Of a DNA stretch of 64,000 bases, positions 14,501 through 24,734 are shown piece after piece. The notes under the pieces were generated by a model. That model did no database searches, was not told the DNA's origin, and saw only the letters and a list, made by a program, of their open reading frames with translations. Numbering within the stretch: position 1 is the first letter of the stretch; every line of letters starts with the position of its first letter. Origin of the DNA: Phoronis australis (lineage: Eukaryota; Animalia; Phoronida). Location of the stretch: positions 62,001 to 126,000 of the forward strand of contig NMRA01000191.1 in NCBI GenBank assembly GCA_002633005.1, in the 5' to 3' direction. A program made the translations under genes and the position numbers.

Positions 14501-17500
14501 TTGCTGACCACTTTGTGTCTGCAATATTATGAAATTTGCTAAATATAGAGTGTTGGTTAAGGTATGTTGTCTCTTTTTGAGACACTGTTATGCTTGGATT
14601 CCACAGTGCTTGTCCCCTTCGTTACACCCACAAATATCGCACATTTCACTTCCACTAAACTGTACCAAGAGAGAGATGCCTTGTCGTGTCTTCACCATAA
14701 GCAGTCAAAATTGTACAGTTGATGAGGTCAACAAATTGGTTGGTTATTCGATGTTTGTTCTGGTAACCGATGGGTCAAATGCTGTGGAATTGTTCTTGTA
14801 TGGAAAGACATCAAGTTTGAGATACTCATCGGCGTGTTCTGATTGGTGAACCACCGACTCTTGGCCTAAGTACAAAACAGTTGAACAAAAATGACCCAAG
14901 AAAATGTTTCTTCGAGCACAAGCTTATTGGCCTGGATAGAGGCATGTTTGTTATTAACTCTACTGTTTGGCTGATGTTAATAAGTTAACCAAGTGTGTGC
15001 ATTTACAAGTAGCAGTTCAAAACACATGGGACTTTGAGTGAAACCCATTTGTAATTTCTGCTTGAACTACTTAGGGTTGGCACTGACATTAACCTTTAAG
15101 TCTGTAAATACCTGGGTAAAAGTTAGCTTTCACTCGGTTTCAACTTATGCATTTTAAACGTGACTTATTAGCCTGTCCATCGTCTGCCAGGTAACTGGTG
15201 AGCTGTCCAACAACGGTGAGCCGATGCGTCGCTTCATGCAGACGTTCGTGCTAGCTCTGCAGTCGCCCAAGAAGTACTATGTCCACAACGACATCTTCCG
15301 TTACCAGGACGAGGTCTTCTACGACAACGACTCGGACGAAAACCAAGAGGACGGCGTCGGTAAGGGGAACTGAAACTTCAATTCGGGCATTGTTGAGCTA
15401 TTCTGGAAATGTGGCTGGCCCAGCTAATTGACCAGTGTGTCAAAGCCTTTTTGTTTCCGCTCAGTGGAGGTTGTTATTCCACACTATAGTAATGAGTTGT
15501 GATTTATATTTGTTAGTGTACTAACATCAGCCGGGAATTGGCACGTGGCAGCATTTTCCTTTTCTGTCTCCATCGGTGGGGTTAACTATGTATGCTGAAT
15601 TACCAAGTGCATATTGTTGCTGTGATGTGTGTAATTTGCGTCTGACAAGCAAGAGCTGGCGACGGTTTCGCCGCCGTCAACAAGCCACCTTGCCAACCTG
15701 ATGACAGCTGTGTCTGAGCAACACCTCGCTTGCGATTTTTTGTTTTGTGGGAACTGGTTCTATAGTGGTTGTGAAATAATAATGAATACGAGATGTGTGT
15801 GGAAAATGTGACCTGGTTTTGTGTTTATGAAGAGATTAGTTCTGCTGTCCACTCTCTGATATTGCTGAAATTCGAGAAACGGCGGAAAACCAAACCTAGT
15901 TTTTGTGCATGGACATTGCGTGAAAAATGAAACCAGTGTAAGAAGTTGAGAACTCAAGGAAAATTTCATTCTAGGAAAAAACCTTTGTTTGTTCACATGG
16001 CAACTTTTTCCTTCCAGTCATTCTCAGCTAGAATAACTAGTCCTCTACCTTTTTTGTTTGACTATTTCAAGAAGAATGGTAACAATTATCTGGCAGGTGG
16101 AGCCGCTGTAAATGCGAGCCAGTCTGTTAAATTGTGTAGGTGGAAACCGCTGTAACTGCAGGTCTTGTGTGGTCGGTTCATTCAGTCATTTCCCGGTCTT
16201 GTTGCAGAGTCTGAGCCTGAGGTGGTTGAGCCAGTTGTGGAGGAGCAGAAGCCAGTACAGGACCCCAATATCACCAGCTATTATGAACCAGCGGAACCAG
16301 CCCAGCCTCCCCTCAGGTACGTCTTACATGACTGGTGTTGTTATAGACATGTTGCAAGTAGCTGTTACAATGGTAAAGTACAGTGGGAGAAATGTTTTCA
16401 TTTTCAGCACGGAAAGCATGAGTTGCCTCAAACGTTTGGAACTTGTTGCGTGCTCTCTGAGACAAATAAGCCTTGTGCCTTTTCTGCCTTCATTGGCCAT
16501 TATCTTTGCTACGCACGTGATAAATAATAATCCGTGATCATCACAAAATGTTAATCGGCAGGGCCTGAAATAAAGTACGTCCTTGCTTTCGTTGGTTACG
16601 GCTGTTTCATGGCTCAGAAGTGCTAGAATTAACTCTTTCTGAGAACGTCGGAGGTTTCAAATTGAAAAGATTACAAAAACTATGGTCCCATGCACTGATA
16701 CTTTATGTGAAAATCAAAAACGCCCAACTTCATACTAGTGTAAGTTGAGTTTCTGTGATTACTCCAGATGCGGATAATGTTCACGGTGTTATTATGTTAA
16801 AATTAAACACACTAGCTTGCCACATTAAGAAGATGCAGTTCTGAAAATGTTTTCTATAAGAATACAGAATTTCCAAAAATAGTGTGTTGGATGACCTAGG
16901 GTGGCTGCAGCAGAGAATGGATTCCCTGTGACATGGTGACATTAGATGAAAAAAAATAGCTTGCCTGAAGTTCTGTGGCATTCTATGACATTTTAAGAAT
17001 TCTGTGACAAAATGTGAGCCATATAGATAGTCTTAGTGTTGAGTTGGGTTTGCAGTTATGCTGTGTCGTGTGGTGATTTTTCTTTTTTATGCGCCCACAT
17101 ATTTATATGTGGACGCATTATGCCGTCCGTCCGTCCGGGCGGCGTCCGGCGTCCGCTGCTCTCTCTCCAAAACCCTTTGACATACGTTCATGAAATTTGG
17201 CACATATGTTCCATTCATGAATGGGACGGCATGTGCGAACTTTCGGACAAATTCGACTACCGGTGTGCCCCCTAGTGGCAATTTTAGTTTTTTTATGCTT
17301 ACCTTTGTATCTTCAAAAGTCCTGAACGGATTTTCATGAAATTTGGTATGTAGGCACCTATTAGTGAGATGACGCTATCCTGCCGTTTTCAGATGGATTC
17401 GACATAGTTTGCGCCACCTAGTGGCCATGTTTAGTGTTTTCAAGTCTGTATTTGTGCGTCCACCCCTCTATCAACCAAACCGCTCAAAGGATGATTGTGA

Positions 17501-20500
17501 CAATTGGCATGTATATGCTTACTATGTAGAGGATGGTTGACGATGATTTTCCGACGATTTCGACTACTGTGGCGCCTCCTAGTGGCAGTTTTNCTTGTTG
17601 CAGAGTCTGAGCCTGAGGTGGTTGAGCCAGTTGTGGAGGAGCAGAAGCCAGTACAGGACCCCAATATCACCAGCTATTATGAACCAGCGGAACCAGCCCA
17701 GCCTCCCCTCAGGTACGTCTTACATGACTGGTGTTGTTATAGACATGTTGCACGTAGCTGTTACAATGGTAAAGTACAGTGGGAGAAATGTTTTCATTTT
17801 CAGCACGGAAAGCATGAGTTGCCTCAAACGTTTGGAACTTGTTGCGTGCTCTCTGAGACAAATATGCCCCAGTGTGCCTTTTCTGCCTTCATTGGCCATT
17901 ATCTTTGCTACGCACGTGATAAGTAATAATCCGTGATCATCACAAAATGTTAATCGGCAGGGCCTGAAATAAAGTACGTCATTGCTTTCGTTGGTTACGG
18001 CTGTTTCATGGCTCAGAAGTGCTAGAATTAACTCTTTCTGAGAACGTCGGAGGTTTCAAATTGAAAAGATTACAAAAACTATGGTCCCATGCACTGATAC
18101 TTTATGTGAAAATCAAAAGCACCCAACTTCATACTAGTGTAAGTTGAGTTTCTGTGATTACTCCAGATGCGGATAATGTTCACGGTGTTATTATGTTAAA
18201 ATTAAACACACTAGCTTGCCACATTAAGAAGATGCAGTTCTGAAAATGTTTTCCATAAGAATACAGAATTTCCAAAAATAGTGTGTTGGATGACCTAGGG
18301 TGGCTGCAGCAGAGAATGGATTCCCTGTGACATGGTGACATTGGATGAAAAAAAAATAACTTGCCTGAAGTTCTGTGGCATTCTATGACATTTTAAAAAT
18401 TCTGTGACAAAATGTGAGCCATGTAGATAGTCTTAGTGTTGAGTTGGGTTTGCAGTTATGCTGTGTCGTGTGGTGATTTTTCTTTTTTCACAAATTGTGA
18501 AGTTGTGAAATTCATTGTCATCATTGACAAATGTGTCTTGCATACGTGACAAAAGCATAGTTGATACATGCAAAAAGCACCAAAAAGCTGTGACAAATGA
18601 GGCTTCCCTGTGACGTTTTGAAAATTTTTGAGATGTTACAGATTGTGACTTACCATTATACATGAATCGATTCTCTCTGGTGCAGTCATTCACCTCTGTT
18701 CACTTCGTTACTCGAGTTCTGCTTTGAACCACTCGTGACTGGAGGGAATGAAAATGAATTGCCTTGTGTTGTTTCCAGCAATGGTGATGTGCACATGATG
18801 GAACAGATCCCGTCGCCCCAACCGGAGAAGCAGCTGGAGAAGGAGGCCTCTGAGCCAGACACTGAGCAGTACACGCAGGAGGCGGCGGCGGAACCAGAGC
18901 CACAGCCTGCGGAACAGCCAGGTAGGTGGAGTGTGACTGCCCTGTCGAGGGTTGAGTACTGTGTGTTACGAGGTGAACATGGTCAAGGCAGTAGGTGATT
19001 GTCATGTTGAAAGTTTGTCGTTGAAAAAAAGTTGTTTAGGTTACGCCGTTTGCGGTTGGCGCTGTTTTTGTCTGTTGCAATGATGTGTGTAATTTGCGTC
19101 TGATATACGAGTGTAGGTGATAGTTTCGCCGCTGTCAATATACCACCTCGTTCACTTGATGCCAACATTGCTGAGCAACCACCAAAATACCATCAACTTC
19201 ATGTAGATATTCTTTGGAAGATATAAGGACATGCATGATAAAGGAAAAACTTGTGTTTGTATAAATTAATTGTTGGAAGGTGCGCTTTACTGATTTCAGT
19301 TGGTCATACCTCGTGCGTCATACGATAACTAGCGCTGACGAATTACTGAGCAACTCTGAGCTAATTATTTATACAGTAGAACTTGTTGAAGGCAGATTTA
19401 ATTGAATTGAGAGTCCTCTGAACAAGACGAAATCTGACTTAAGTGAAGTGCAAAGTACACAAGGTAGAACAAGCATGCCTCAAGCGAAAATTTGGTTTGC
19501 GTGTGTCCGGCTTAAGCAAGTTTTACCGAACGTATTTATTGGCTGCTTTATTCTCTAGTCATGTATGTTACATTTTTCGTCTATTTTTCAGCGGAGACCA
19601 AGACCTTCTCGTGGGCTGCCATGGCTAGCAAGAACGCCTCCTCCGGTTCGGCTGCTGTGCCATCCCCTGCTGCTGTCACAGCAAAACCGACACCACCACC
19701 ACCTGCTCCGAAGGAGTCTCCTCAACCCCAGAGGCAACCCAGGTATTCCCTTGTCATACCTTTGCCAACAAGAGGCACAGCGGCTGTCCGTCTATTCCCT
19801 GCTTACACTTAAAATTCACTTGGGTTTGCAGTTTCACCAACTTTCACACTTTTCATGTCTATTTGGTAAGGGCTGTACCAGCAAAATCTGTATGGGAGGG
19901 GGGAAGGCACTTTTATTTCGTACCCACCGCCCATATTTTTCATTTATTTCTCCAACCCATGACCCATAATTTTTTAATTATTTTTAATAGGTTAAAATAT
20001 AAAATCCAACACTTGCAAACAAATTGCCTCCAGGAGGACCTGTTAAGAACTTAGATGATTGACAGACAAAAACTAGTTGTCTTGTCCAATATTGTCAAAA
20101 ACTAAAGTAGCCTGTGAGCAATACTTTTGGCAGCCACCAGGTGTCTCTGTTCACCATGTGTCTATAATTTCAATGAACATTTTATCATTTATAAGGATCT
20201 ATGAATCTCAAACTGTCTCCACGAACTTTTTTATACTTCTATGTCAAGTGAATATTGGAACTTGTTTATCTTACTCCTCATACTTTTCATTTAAAAATCA
20301 TCGATTTTCTTATATTTGTTAACACCAGTTTAGTGTTGCATAACTTTTCAATTCAATAGGTCTGCAAACAGTAGGCTCAAATCAAGTTGCCCATGACTTG
20401 ATTAATGGCTTAGTGAACATATTGCACTCTATTCACTGGCAATGTGGGCTTTTTGTATTGGGATAAGTTAGGATATATGCCAATTGCATTTTCTTGAGTT

Positions 20501-22809
20501 TTGACCGCTGAAGTAACCAACCTGTCAACATTAACAGGTCAAAAAATACCACCCATTTTTAATGCATCACTTCTTACAGGAACAACCACCCATAATTTGA
20601 GTGTTTTTCTGAAGACCACCACCCATGAATTTTGATTTCTACTGCCGTCCCCCCCCTCCCACACAGATTTTACTGGAACAGCCCTAATAAAGTTATAATG
20701 ATAGGACTTGCCCTTTGTTTCTACCTTCTGTGTATAGGGGATATCATAGCCTATTTCAAGTATTCAAACCTGATTGGTTGGTGCTGATTGTTTGGACAGC
20801 TGGTTGGACTGGTTGCTTGGTTCATTGGTTGCTTGGTTTTTTGTGTGGGCAACACTTGTACTGCATACACCACTCATTCCAAGGGAAGTAGATTGATGCA
20901 GATGGTTTGTCTGGCAATAGTCTGATATGACGTGCTCGTATTTTGAGAACCAGTTTAAGGTCCGTTATTCGGTGGAGAAAACTGCTTCTCAAAATTCGGC
21001 ACGTTTTATCAGACCATTGTCGTTAATTCAATGTTCTTACACACACTACAAAGACGTGTTAACAGAATGTGAAGTATTAGTTGCAGTATATTTTGATAAA
21101 TAATGACATCATTCCTGTTCTTACTTTAGGCATTGAAAACACTTTGGTAGTTACATTCAGTGACATATAACTTTGTCAATCCTTTGATCCGGTAATGCCA
21201 AAATAGAAGTGAATTGTGAATTCACTGATTTTTATTGTAGAAATACAAGGGATCGTCCTAGTATGTCCCGTGTGGATTCCGATCGTCCTGCAGGCCGAAC
21301 TGAGGAGGGTGGAGACTTTGATGGAAACAGACCACCGCGCCCACGCTACCCAGACAGCCAGCAGGTGTTTGTCGGAAATCTTCCGCAGGATGTAACGGAA
21401 AAGGAACTCAAAACCTTCTTTGAGCGTAAGTTTCACCACTGCAAAGTTCTGTAAGTGCTCATTTGGTAACAAAGTCATTCATGCGAAGTCTATGCAAAGC
21501 CCTAGTTCTAAGGTTGATTGCTGTTTGAATATTATACATTTTGATTTTATGTCAGGAGCTATTGTGTCATGCTCAAGGTTTCTTCTCATTGCCTAATTGT
21601 TCTGTTTGTTTTGTTAAGTGCTGAAACTGTTGGCTATGATGATTGGACTTGCCCTCTCTTACTGTGTAGTGGGGATGCCAAAGCCCATTCTAAGTACTCA
21701 AACCTGAGCCAAGCACAGGCTGTAAGTGTCTGAATATATACTGGATTGGGAGTGGTCTTACACTTATTCTCAACATTTCAGATTATGGTAAAGTGCTTGA
21801 GTTACGAATCAACACCAAATCTGGTGGCGGAAAGGTTCCAAACTTTGGCTTTGCTATTTTTGAAGATCCCATGACAGTTCAGAAGGTTCTGGCTGAAAAG
21901 GTGGGTATATAGCTCAGGCCCAGTGGCATTATACCTGTTTGAAAGTTGTACATGTAGTTGGTATTTTGACTGGATCAGCCCTGCATTCTGAGGGGTCTGA
22001 AACAGGAGGTTGGGCAAGACGGTGTGTTACTCAGAGGCGCATCTATGGAGGTTTATGGGGTTCAAACCCCCCTCGGCACTGGATCAAAACTAAAAATTCA
22101 AGAAAGGTGTCCAGGAAAACAAATCGGCTACAGGGGAGGAGGGAAACCCCTCCCGACCTTCCCTCTGCTCGGCGCTGTGCACCTCGGATTCGCGCGAATC
22201 CTAAACTCTACTTACTGAAAACTTAGATCTGTCACTGTTACTTGGATTATTTTTCGGGTGAAAAGGACAAAATTTAGCGCGTTTACTGTCACACAATGGA
22301 TTGTGTTGTGTTGCAACTTTTTAGTAACAGTCGGGCAAAATGTCAATCCTTAAAATTTTCAAAGTAACGGGTTTTTGAAACTGAAAGATGAGTGCACCTG
22401 ACCAGGAGTTGAAATGTTGAAAAGCAAAGTACTCTACCTACTTGCCTTTGAGTAGTGGAGGTAGAGTGGAGGAACACATAAATATTCTAAAATTTATAAT
22501 AGTTGATATATCTATGAACTAATTACACTTGTCCTTTTCTTGCAAGCTCCTCTAAACTCTGATTTTTTCCAGACGATTCGCATCAAGAATGATCACCGAC
22601 TGAACGTGGAAGAAAAAAAGGCACGTGGTGAGGGAGGTGGGCGTCCTAGTAGTGCCCCACGACAAGGCAGAAGTGGTGGATCCATGGAGAGAGGGGGTCG
22701 TGGTGGACCCCCGGTTGGCAAACGTAGTGGCTTTGGTAGCAACCGAACGGATACCAGTAGAGGGGGTGCCGGTAGAGGAGGTGGCGGTGGCTTCGGCCCT
22801 AGACGCTAA
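11403..22809 (+). CDS. G3BP: Ras GTPase-activating protein-binding protein (G3BP/Rasputin), spliced CDS join(11403..11579,12557..12658,13335..13503,16208..16316,18779..18921,19592..19742,21241..21425,21782..21900,22573..22809), 463 aa
   Basis: N-terminus [29 protein letters not shown] (NTF2-like); [38 protein letters not shown]; [12 protein letters not shown]; [31 protein letters not shown]; RGG tail. All introns GT-AG, phases match, 1392 nt including TAA. Confidence 0.95.
12557..12658 (+). CDS. G3BP: G3BP coding exon 2
   Basis: ttacag|[34 protein letters not shown]|gtaagt. Confidence 0.9.
13335..13503 (+). CDS. G3BP: G3BP coding exon 3
   Basis: ccag|[56 protein letters not shown]|gtaagg. 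Confidence 0.9.
13760..13866 (+). ncRNA. SNORD16: Box C/D snoRNA, U16/SNORD16-like (18S rRNA guide), copy A
   Basis: Terminal stem GTTGC/GCAAC, C-like box GTGATGT, guide GTAATTTGCG complementary to 18S CGCAAAUUAC, D' CTGA, internal stem, C' CTGATGA, D CTGA. 5' end resembles recalled vertebrate U16 (TGCAATGATGTCGTAATTTGCGTC). Confidence 0.85.
14387..14488 (+). CDS. G3BP: Second copy of G3BP exon 2 (probable haplotype duplicate)
   Basis: Same peptide as 12557..12658, inside a block that restarts at the N at 14068. Confidence 0.6.
15191..15359 (+). CDS. G3BP: Second copy of G3BP exon 3 (probable haplotype duplicate)
   Basis: Same peptide as 13335..13503; one synonymous difference seen (cca/ccg). 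Confidence 0.6.
15616..15722 (+). ncRNA. SNORD16: U16-like snoRNA, haplotype duplicate of copy A
   Basis: Identical to 13760..13866, inside the N-bounded duplicated block. Confidence 0.7.
16208..16316 (+). CDS. G3BP: G3BP coding exon 4 (acidic region)
   Basis: ttgcag|[36 protein letters not shown]|gtacgt; phase 1 in, phase 2 out. Confidence 0.85.
17089..17592 (+). mobile_element. HINE/DINE-1-like (Helentron-associated) element, truncated at an N
   Basis: 5' hairpin GCGCCCACATA..TATGTGGACGC, (CCGT)n microsatellite, internal ~150-bp repeats sharing CCTAGTGGC; inserted in a T run, empty site visible at 18488. Confidence 0.7.
17604..17712 (+). CDS. G3BP: Second copy of G3BP exon 4 (probable haplotype duplicate)
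   Basis: Identical to 16208..16316; starts 11 nt after the N at 17593. Confidence 0.55.
18779..18921 (+). CDS. G3BP: G3BP coding exon 5 (acidic region)
   Basis: ttccag|[48 protein letters not shown]|gtaggt. Confidence 0.85.
19074..19179 (+). ncRNA. SNORD16: Box C/D snoRNA, U16/SNORD16-like, copy B
   Basis: GTTGCAATGATGTGTGTAATTTGCGTCTGA...TTGATG...CTGAGCAAC. Internal stem ACGAG/CTCGT replaces GCAAG/CTTGC of copy A (compensatory change). Confidence 0.88.
19592..19742 (+). CDS. G3BP: G3BP coding exon 6 (Pro-rich)
   Basis: tttcag|[31 protein letters not shown]|gtattc. Confidence 0.88.
19870..20684. mobile_element. PIF/Harbinger-like non-autonomous element
   Basis: About 38-bp TIR GGGCTGTACCAGCAAAATCTGTATGGGAGGGGGG / CCCCCCTCCCACACAGATTTTACTGGAACAGCCC, TAA on both sides. 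Confidence 0.75.
20696..20776 (+). ncRNA. Degenerate paralogue of the SNORD103-like snoRNA (possibly a pseudogene)
   Basis: Colinear with 21636..21707: ATGATAGGACTTGCCCTT...AAGTATTCAAACCTGA. C box damaged, weak terminal stem. Confidence 0.55.
20915..21019. repeat. Long imperfect hairpin (~42-bp arms)
   Basis: CAATAGTCTGATATGACGTGCTCGTATTTTGAGAACCAGTTT vs AAACTGCTTCTCAAAATTCGGCACGTTTTATCAGACCATTG. Confidence 0.75.
21241..21425 (+). CDS. G3BP: G3BP coding exon 7 (start of RRM)
   Basis: ttgtag|[34 protein letters not shown]|gtaagt. Confidence 0.92.
21630..21712 (+). ncRNA. Box C/D snoRNA, SNORD103/SNORD85-like (18S rRNA guide)
   Basis: Stem TTGGC/GCCAA, perfect C box ATGATGA (21636), guide GACTTGCCCTC complementary to 18S GAGGGCAAGUC, D box CTGA at 21704, about 75 nt upstream of the 3' splice site. 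Confidence 0.8.
21782..21900 (+). CDS. G3BP: G3BP coding exon 8 (RRM RNP1)
   Basis: tttcag|[40 protein letters not shown]|gtgggt. Confidence 0.92.
22032..22237. mobile_element. MITE family B, 5-bp TSD
   Basis: CAGAGGCGCATCTA..TAGATCTGTCACTG flanked by TTACT/TTACT; similar to 29069..29315 and to a fragment at about 990-1094. Confidence 0.75.
22573..22809 (+). CDS. G3BP: G3BP last coding exon (end of RRM, RGG tail)
   Basis: ttccag|[33 protein letters not shown]. Confidence 0.92.
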   Translation, partial: TIRIKNDHRLNVEEKKARGEGGGRPSSAPRQGRSGGSMERGGRGGPPVGKRSGFGSNRTDTSRGGAGRGGGGGFGPRR

Positions 22810-24728
22810 CGGGAAGCCTCTCTTTTGAAATAATTTGAAACACAAGGTGCTTGACGAGAACATGCAACTCGGGTGCGGGGCGGCGTGTGTGTGTATCAAT
22901 TTTAATTTGAGCCGTCATTTTCCAAGTGCAATCCGTGCTTAAATCTTTTGACTTGCATTAGCAGTATTCAGGGCTCGACTTGTTGACAGCTAGGCTGTGG
23001 TGTGTGACTGTGATTTGCCTGTGTGATTTTTTATATATATATGTGTATGTATTCAACACGCCACTTCTCTATCTCTGAGCTTTATATTGTACAGTTTGTC
23101 GTCATTCCCTGTATGTATTATATATATATATACCGTGTCCGTGTGTCGCACCGCGCCTCCCCAGTCGCTGCCAGCGAGACACCATCTCTGTTTTATACAC
23201 CTCATAATTGTAAATATGGTCATGTTTGATAAGAAAGTCAAAAGGAACGGGTTCTACTCTGGTGCCTCGTTGGCAGTGGTCGTAGTTCAGTTGTTATGTT
23301 GTGTTGTAGCTGTTTCGTTGCATCTAGGCTTTCAACTCCTTCCACGTGCCGCAATAGCTGTTTTTTTACCCTCGCTCCGAGTTGCATATTGTCGTGATGT
23401 GATATTCTCGAAAACTAACGTTCCGAGAGTAGGTGTCGTGCGTTTTGAGGCCGACCATCGCGATCTCGTTATGAAAAAAGAGTGCGCATGTCTGCTTAAG
23501 GGCCCTTTTTCACAAAAAATAACCGTGAGACTATCATTATGTATTTAATATTTAATGCGTTTTGGTTCTATGAAGCGTGCAGTTGTGTTAATCATATGTA
23601 CTATGCAATTATTCTTTGCAGAACGGAATACATCCATGGTTGTGCTTTGATTTTCCTGTGTCAAAATTTAAAGCAGTTCTTTTGATCCACACTGCAGTTG
23701 TCCAAAACGTACGGTTTTTGTAAACAGTGATTTGTACATTTTCAACCCTTACATTATTTTTGCATCGTTTGTTTTGTTAAATGTAGATACAGACATGTTA
23801 AATCTTGTTAAGTCTCATTCTTGTAAAAGTGGCAAATTTAAATTGAAGTTGTTATCTGGTTGAGTGGAGCTGTTCGTGACTGCAAAGAAATATTTTTTAA
23901 AAATTAAAAAATGGAGATGAGAGTTTGTGATTAACCTTGCTTAGTGAGGTTGATTGGACTTAATTTCCAAAAGTACTGGCTTGTCACCAGTTGATGCAGC
24001 TGGTTGCGTCTCCGTAGTTGGGCAGTTCTTCCCAATGGTGGCGCTGCTGTGCTTTGGCATGGACTTGTGCATCCAGTGCAAACCATACCATCTGAAAGGT
24101 GTCCAGTTGAACTGTAAGGTGCAAGCACTTGTTGGTTTAATGGGACGTGGCTCTGTTAATGATAGGGTGCCAGCTGTAAAAATGTTAGAAATCTTATTTT
24201 TGTGTTGTTCCGACCAGTACTGTGACGGGGAGCTCCATGTGAGAACTATTTACCACCATCTTCAGCAGCTGGCCTGGCGGGTTCCGTAAGTCACTGTACT
24301 GGCCACAGAGTGGTTATGCCAAGTGCGAACAATTTGTTGCGGCAGCAATGGTGTTCCCTGTCGTCAAATGTGCCGTGACTAAGTTGACGCAATTGGTATA
24401 TGTCGCAAAATTACATGGTGATATGTCGGTGTATCTTGCGTTCTGTCGTTCAAGTGCCCTGTTGGCTTGAGGTTATGTTACAATTCCACATGCGTTTTTG
24501 TTTCTCATTCTGTGAAAATGAATATTTGATTTCTATAGTTTTCGACATTACTAACATTTGTCAGTAGTCAATACTGTGGACACTTGAGAAGTGTATTACT
24601 TGAACTAGTAATAGGTGCTAGCCCAAGCCAGCAGGGAAATGTCTTGTTTCATCTATCATTTTAACTAAAGTAGTCTTTACTAGTATTTAAACTGTCCTGT
24701 TGTACCATTGGAATGCACATGTTTTGAA

Positions 24729-24734
24729 AATAAA
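24729..24734 (+). terminator. Candidate polyadenylation signal of G3BP (implies about 1.9 kb 3'UTR)
   Basis: AATAAA followed by a T-rich downstream stretch; inference only. Confidence 0.3.

Larger units (their letters stand above)
12232..15923. other. Apparent tandem duplication (12232..14067 / 14069..15923) joined at an N; likely uncollapsed haplotypes
   Basis: Copies meet exactly at the N at 14068 and differ by intronic SNPs and small indels. Confidence 0.8.
16198..18488. other. Apparent duplication (16198..17088 / 17594..18488); second copy starts at an N; likely uncollapsed haplotypes
   Basis: Second copy begins immediately after the N at 17593; first copy runs into a HINE-like insertion. 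Confidence 0.8.

Noticed and set aside
12232-15923. Tandem duplication of G3BP exons 2-3 as mutually exclusive exons or a doubled NTF2 domain
   Set aside because: The junction is exactly at an N, the peptides are identical, and exon 3 (phase 1) to exon 2' (phase 0) would frameshift. Best explained as two haplotypes; halved read depth would confirm.
16573-16680. Possible H/ACA snoRNA (two weak hairpins, terminal ACA) in a G3BP intron
   Set aside because: The hinge reads AGAATT rather than ANANNA, and no target could be identified by eye; would need snoReport/Infernal
17594-18488. Duplicated G3BP exon 4
   Set aside because: Starts at an N, identical exon, 109 nt so inclusion of both would frameshift
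19212-19360. Possible further C/D snoRNA (ATGATAA ... several CTGA)
   Set aside because: No convincing rRNA or snRNA complementarity, no terminal stem and no paralogue
23023-24289. ORFs of 153 aa and 111 aa downstream of the G3BP stop
   Set aside because: No domain signal, TA/TG-rich composition typical of 3'UTR
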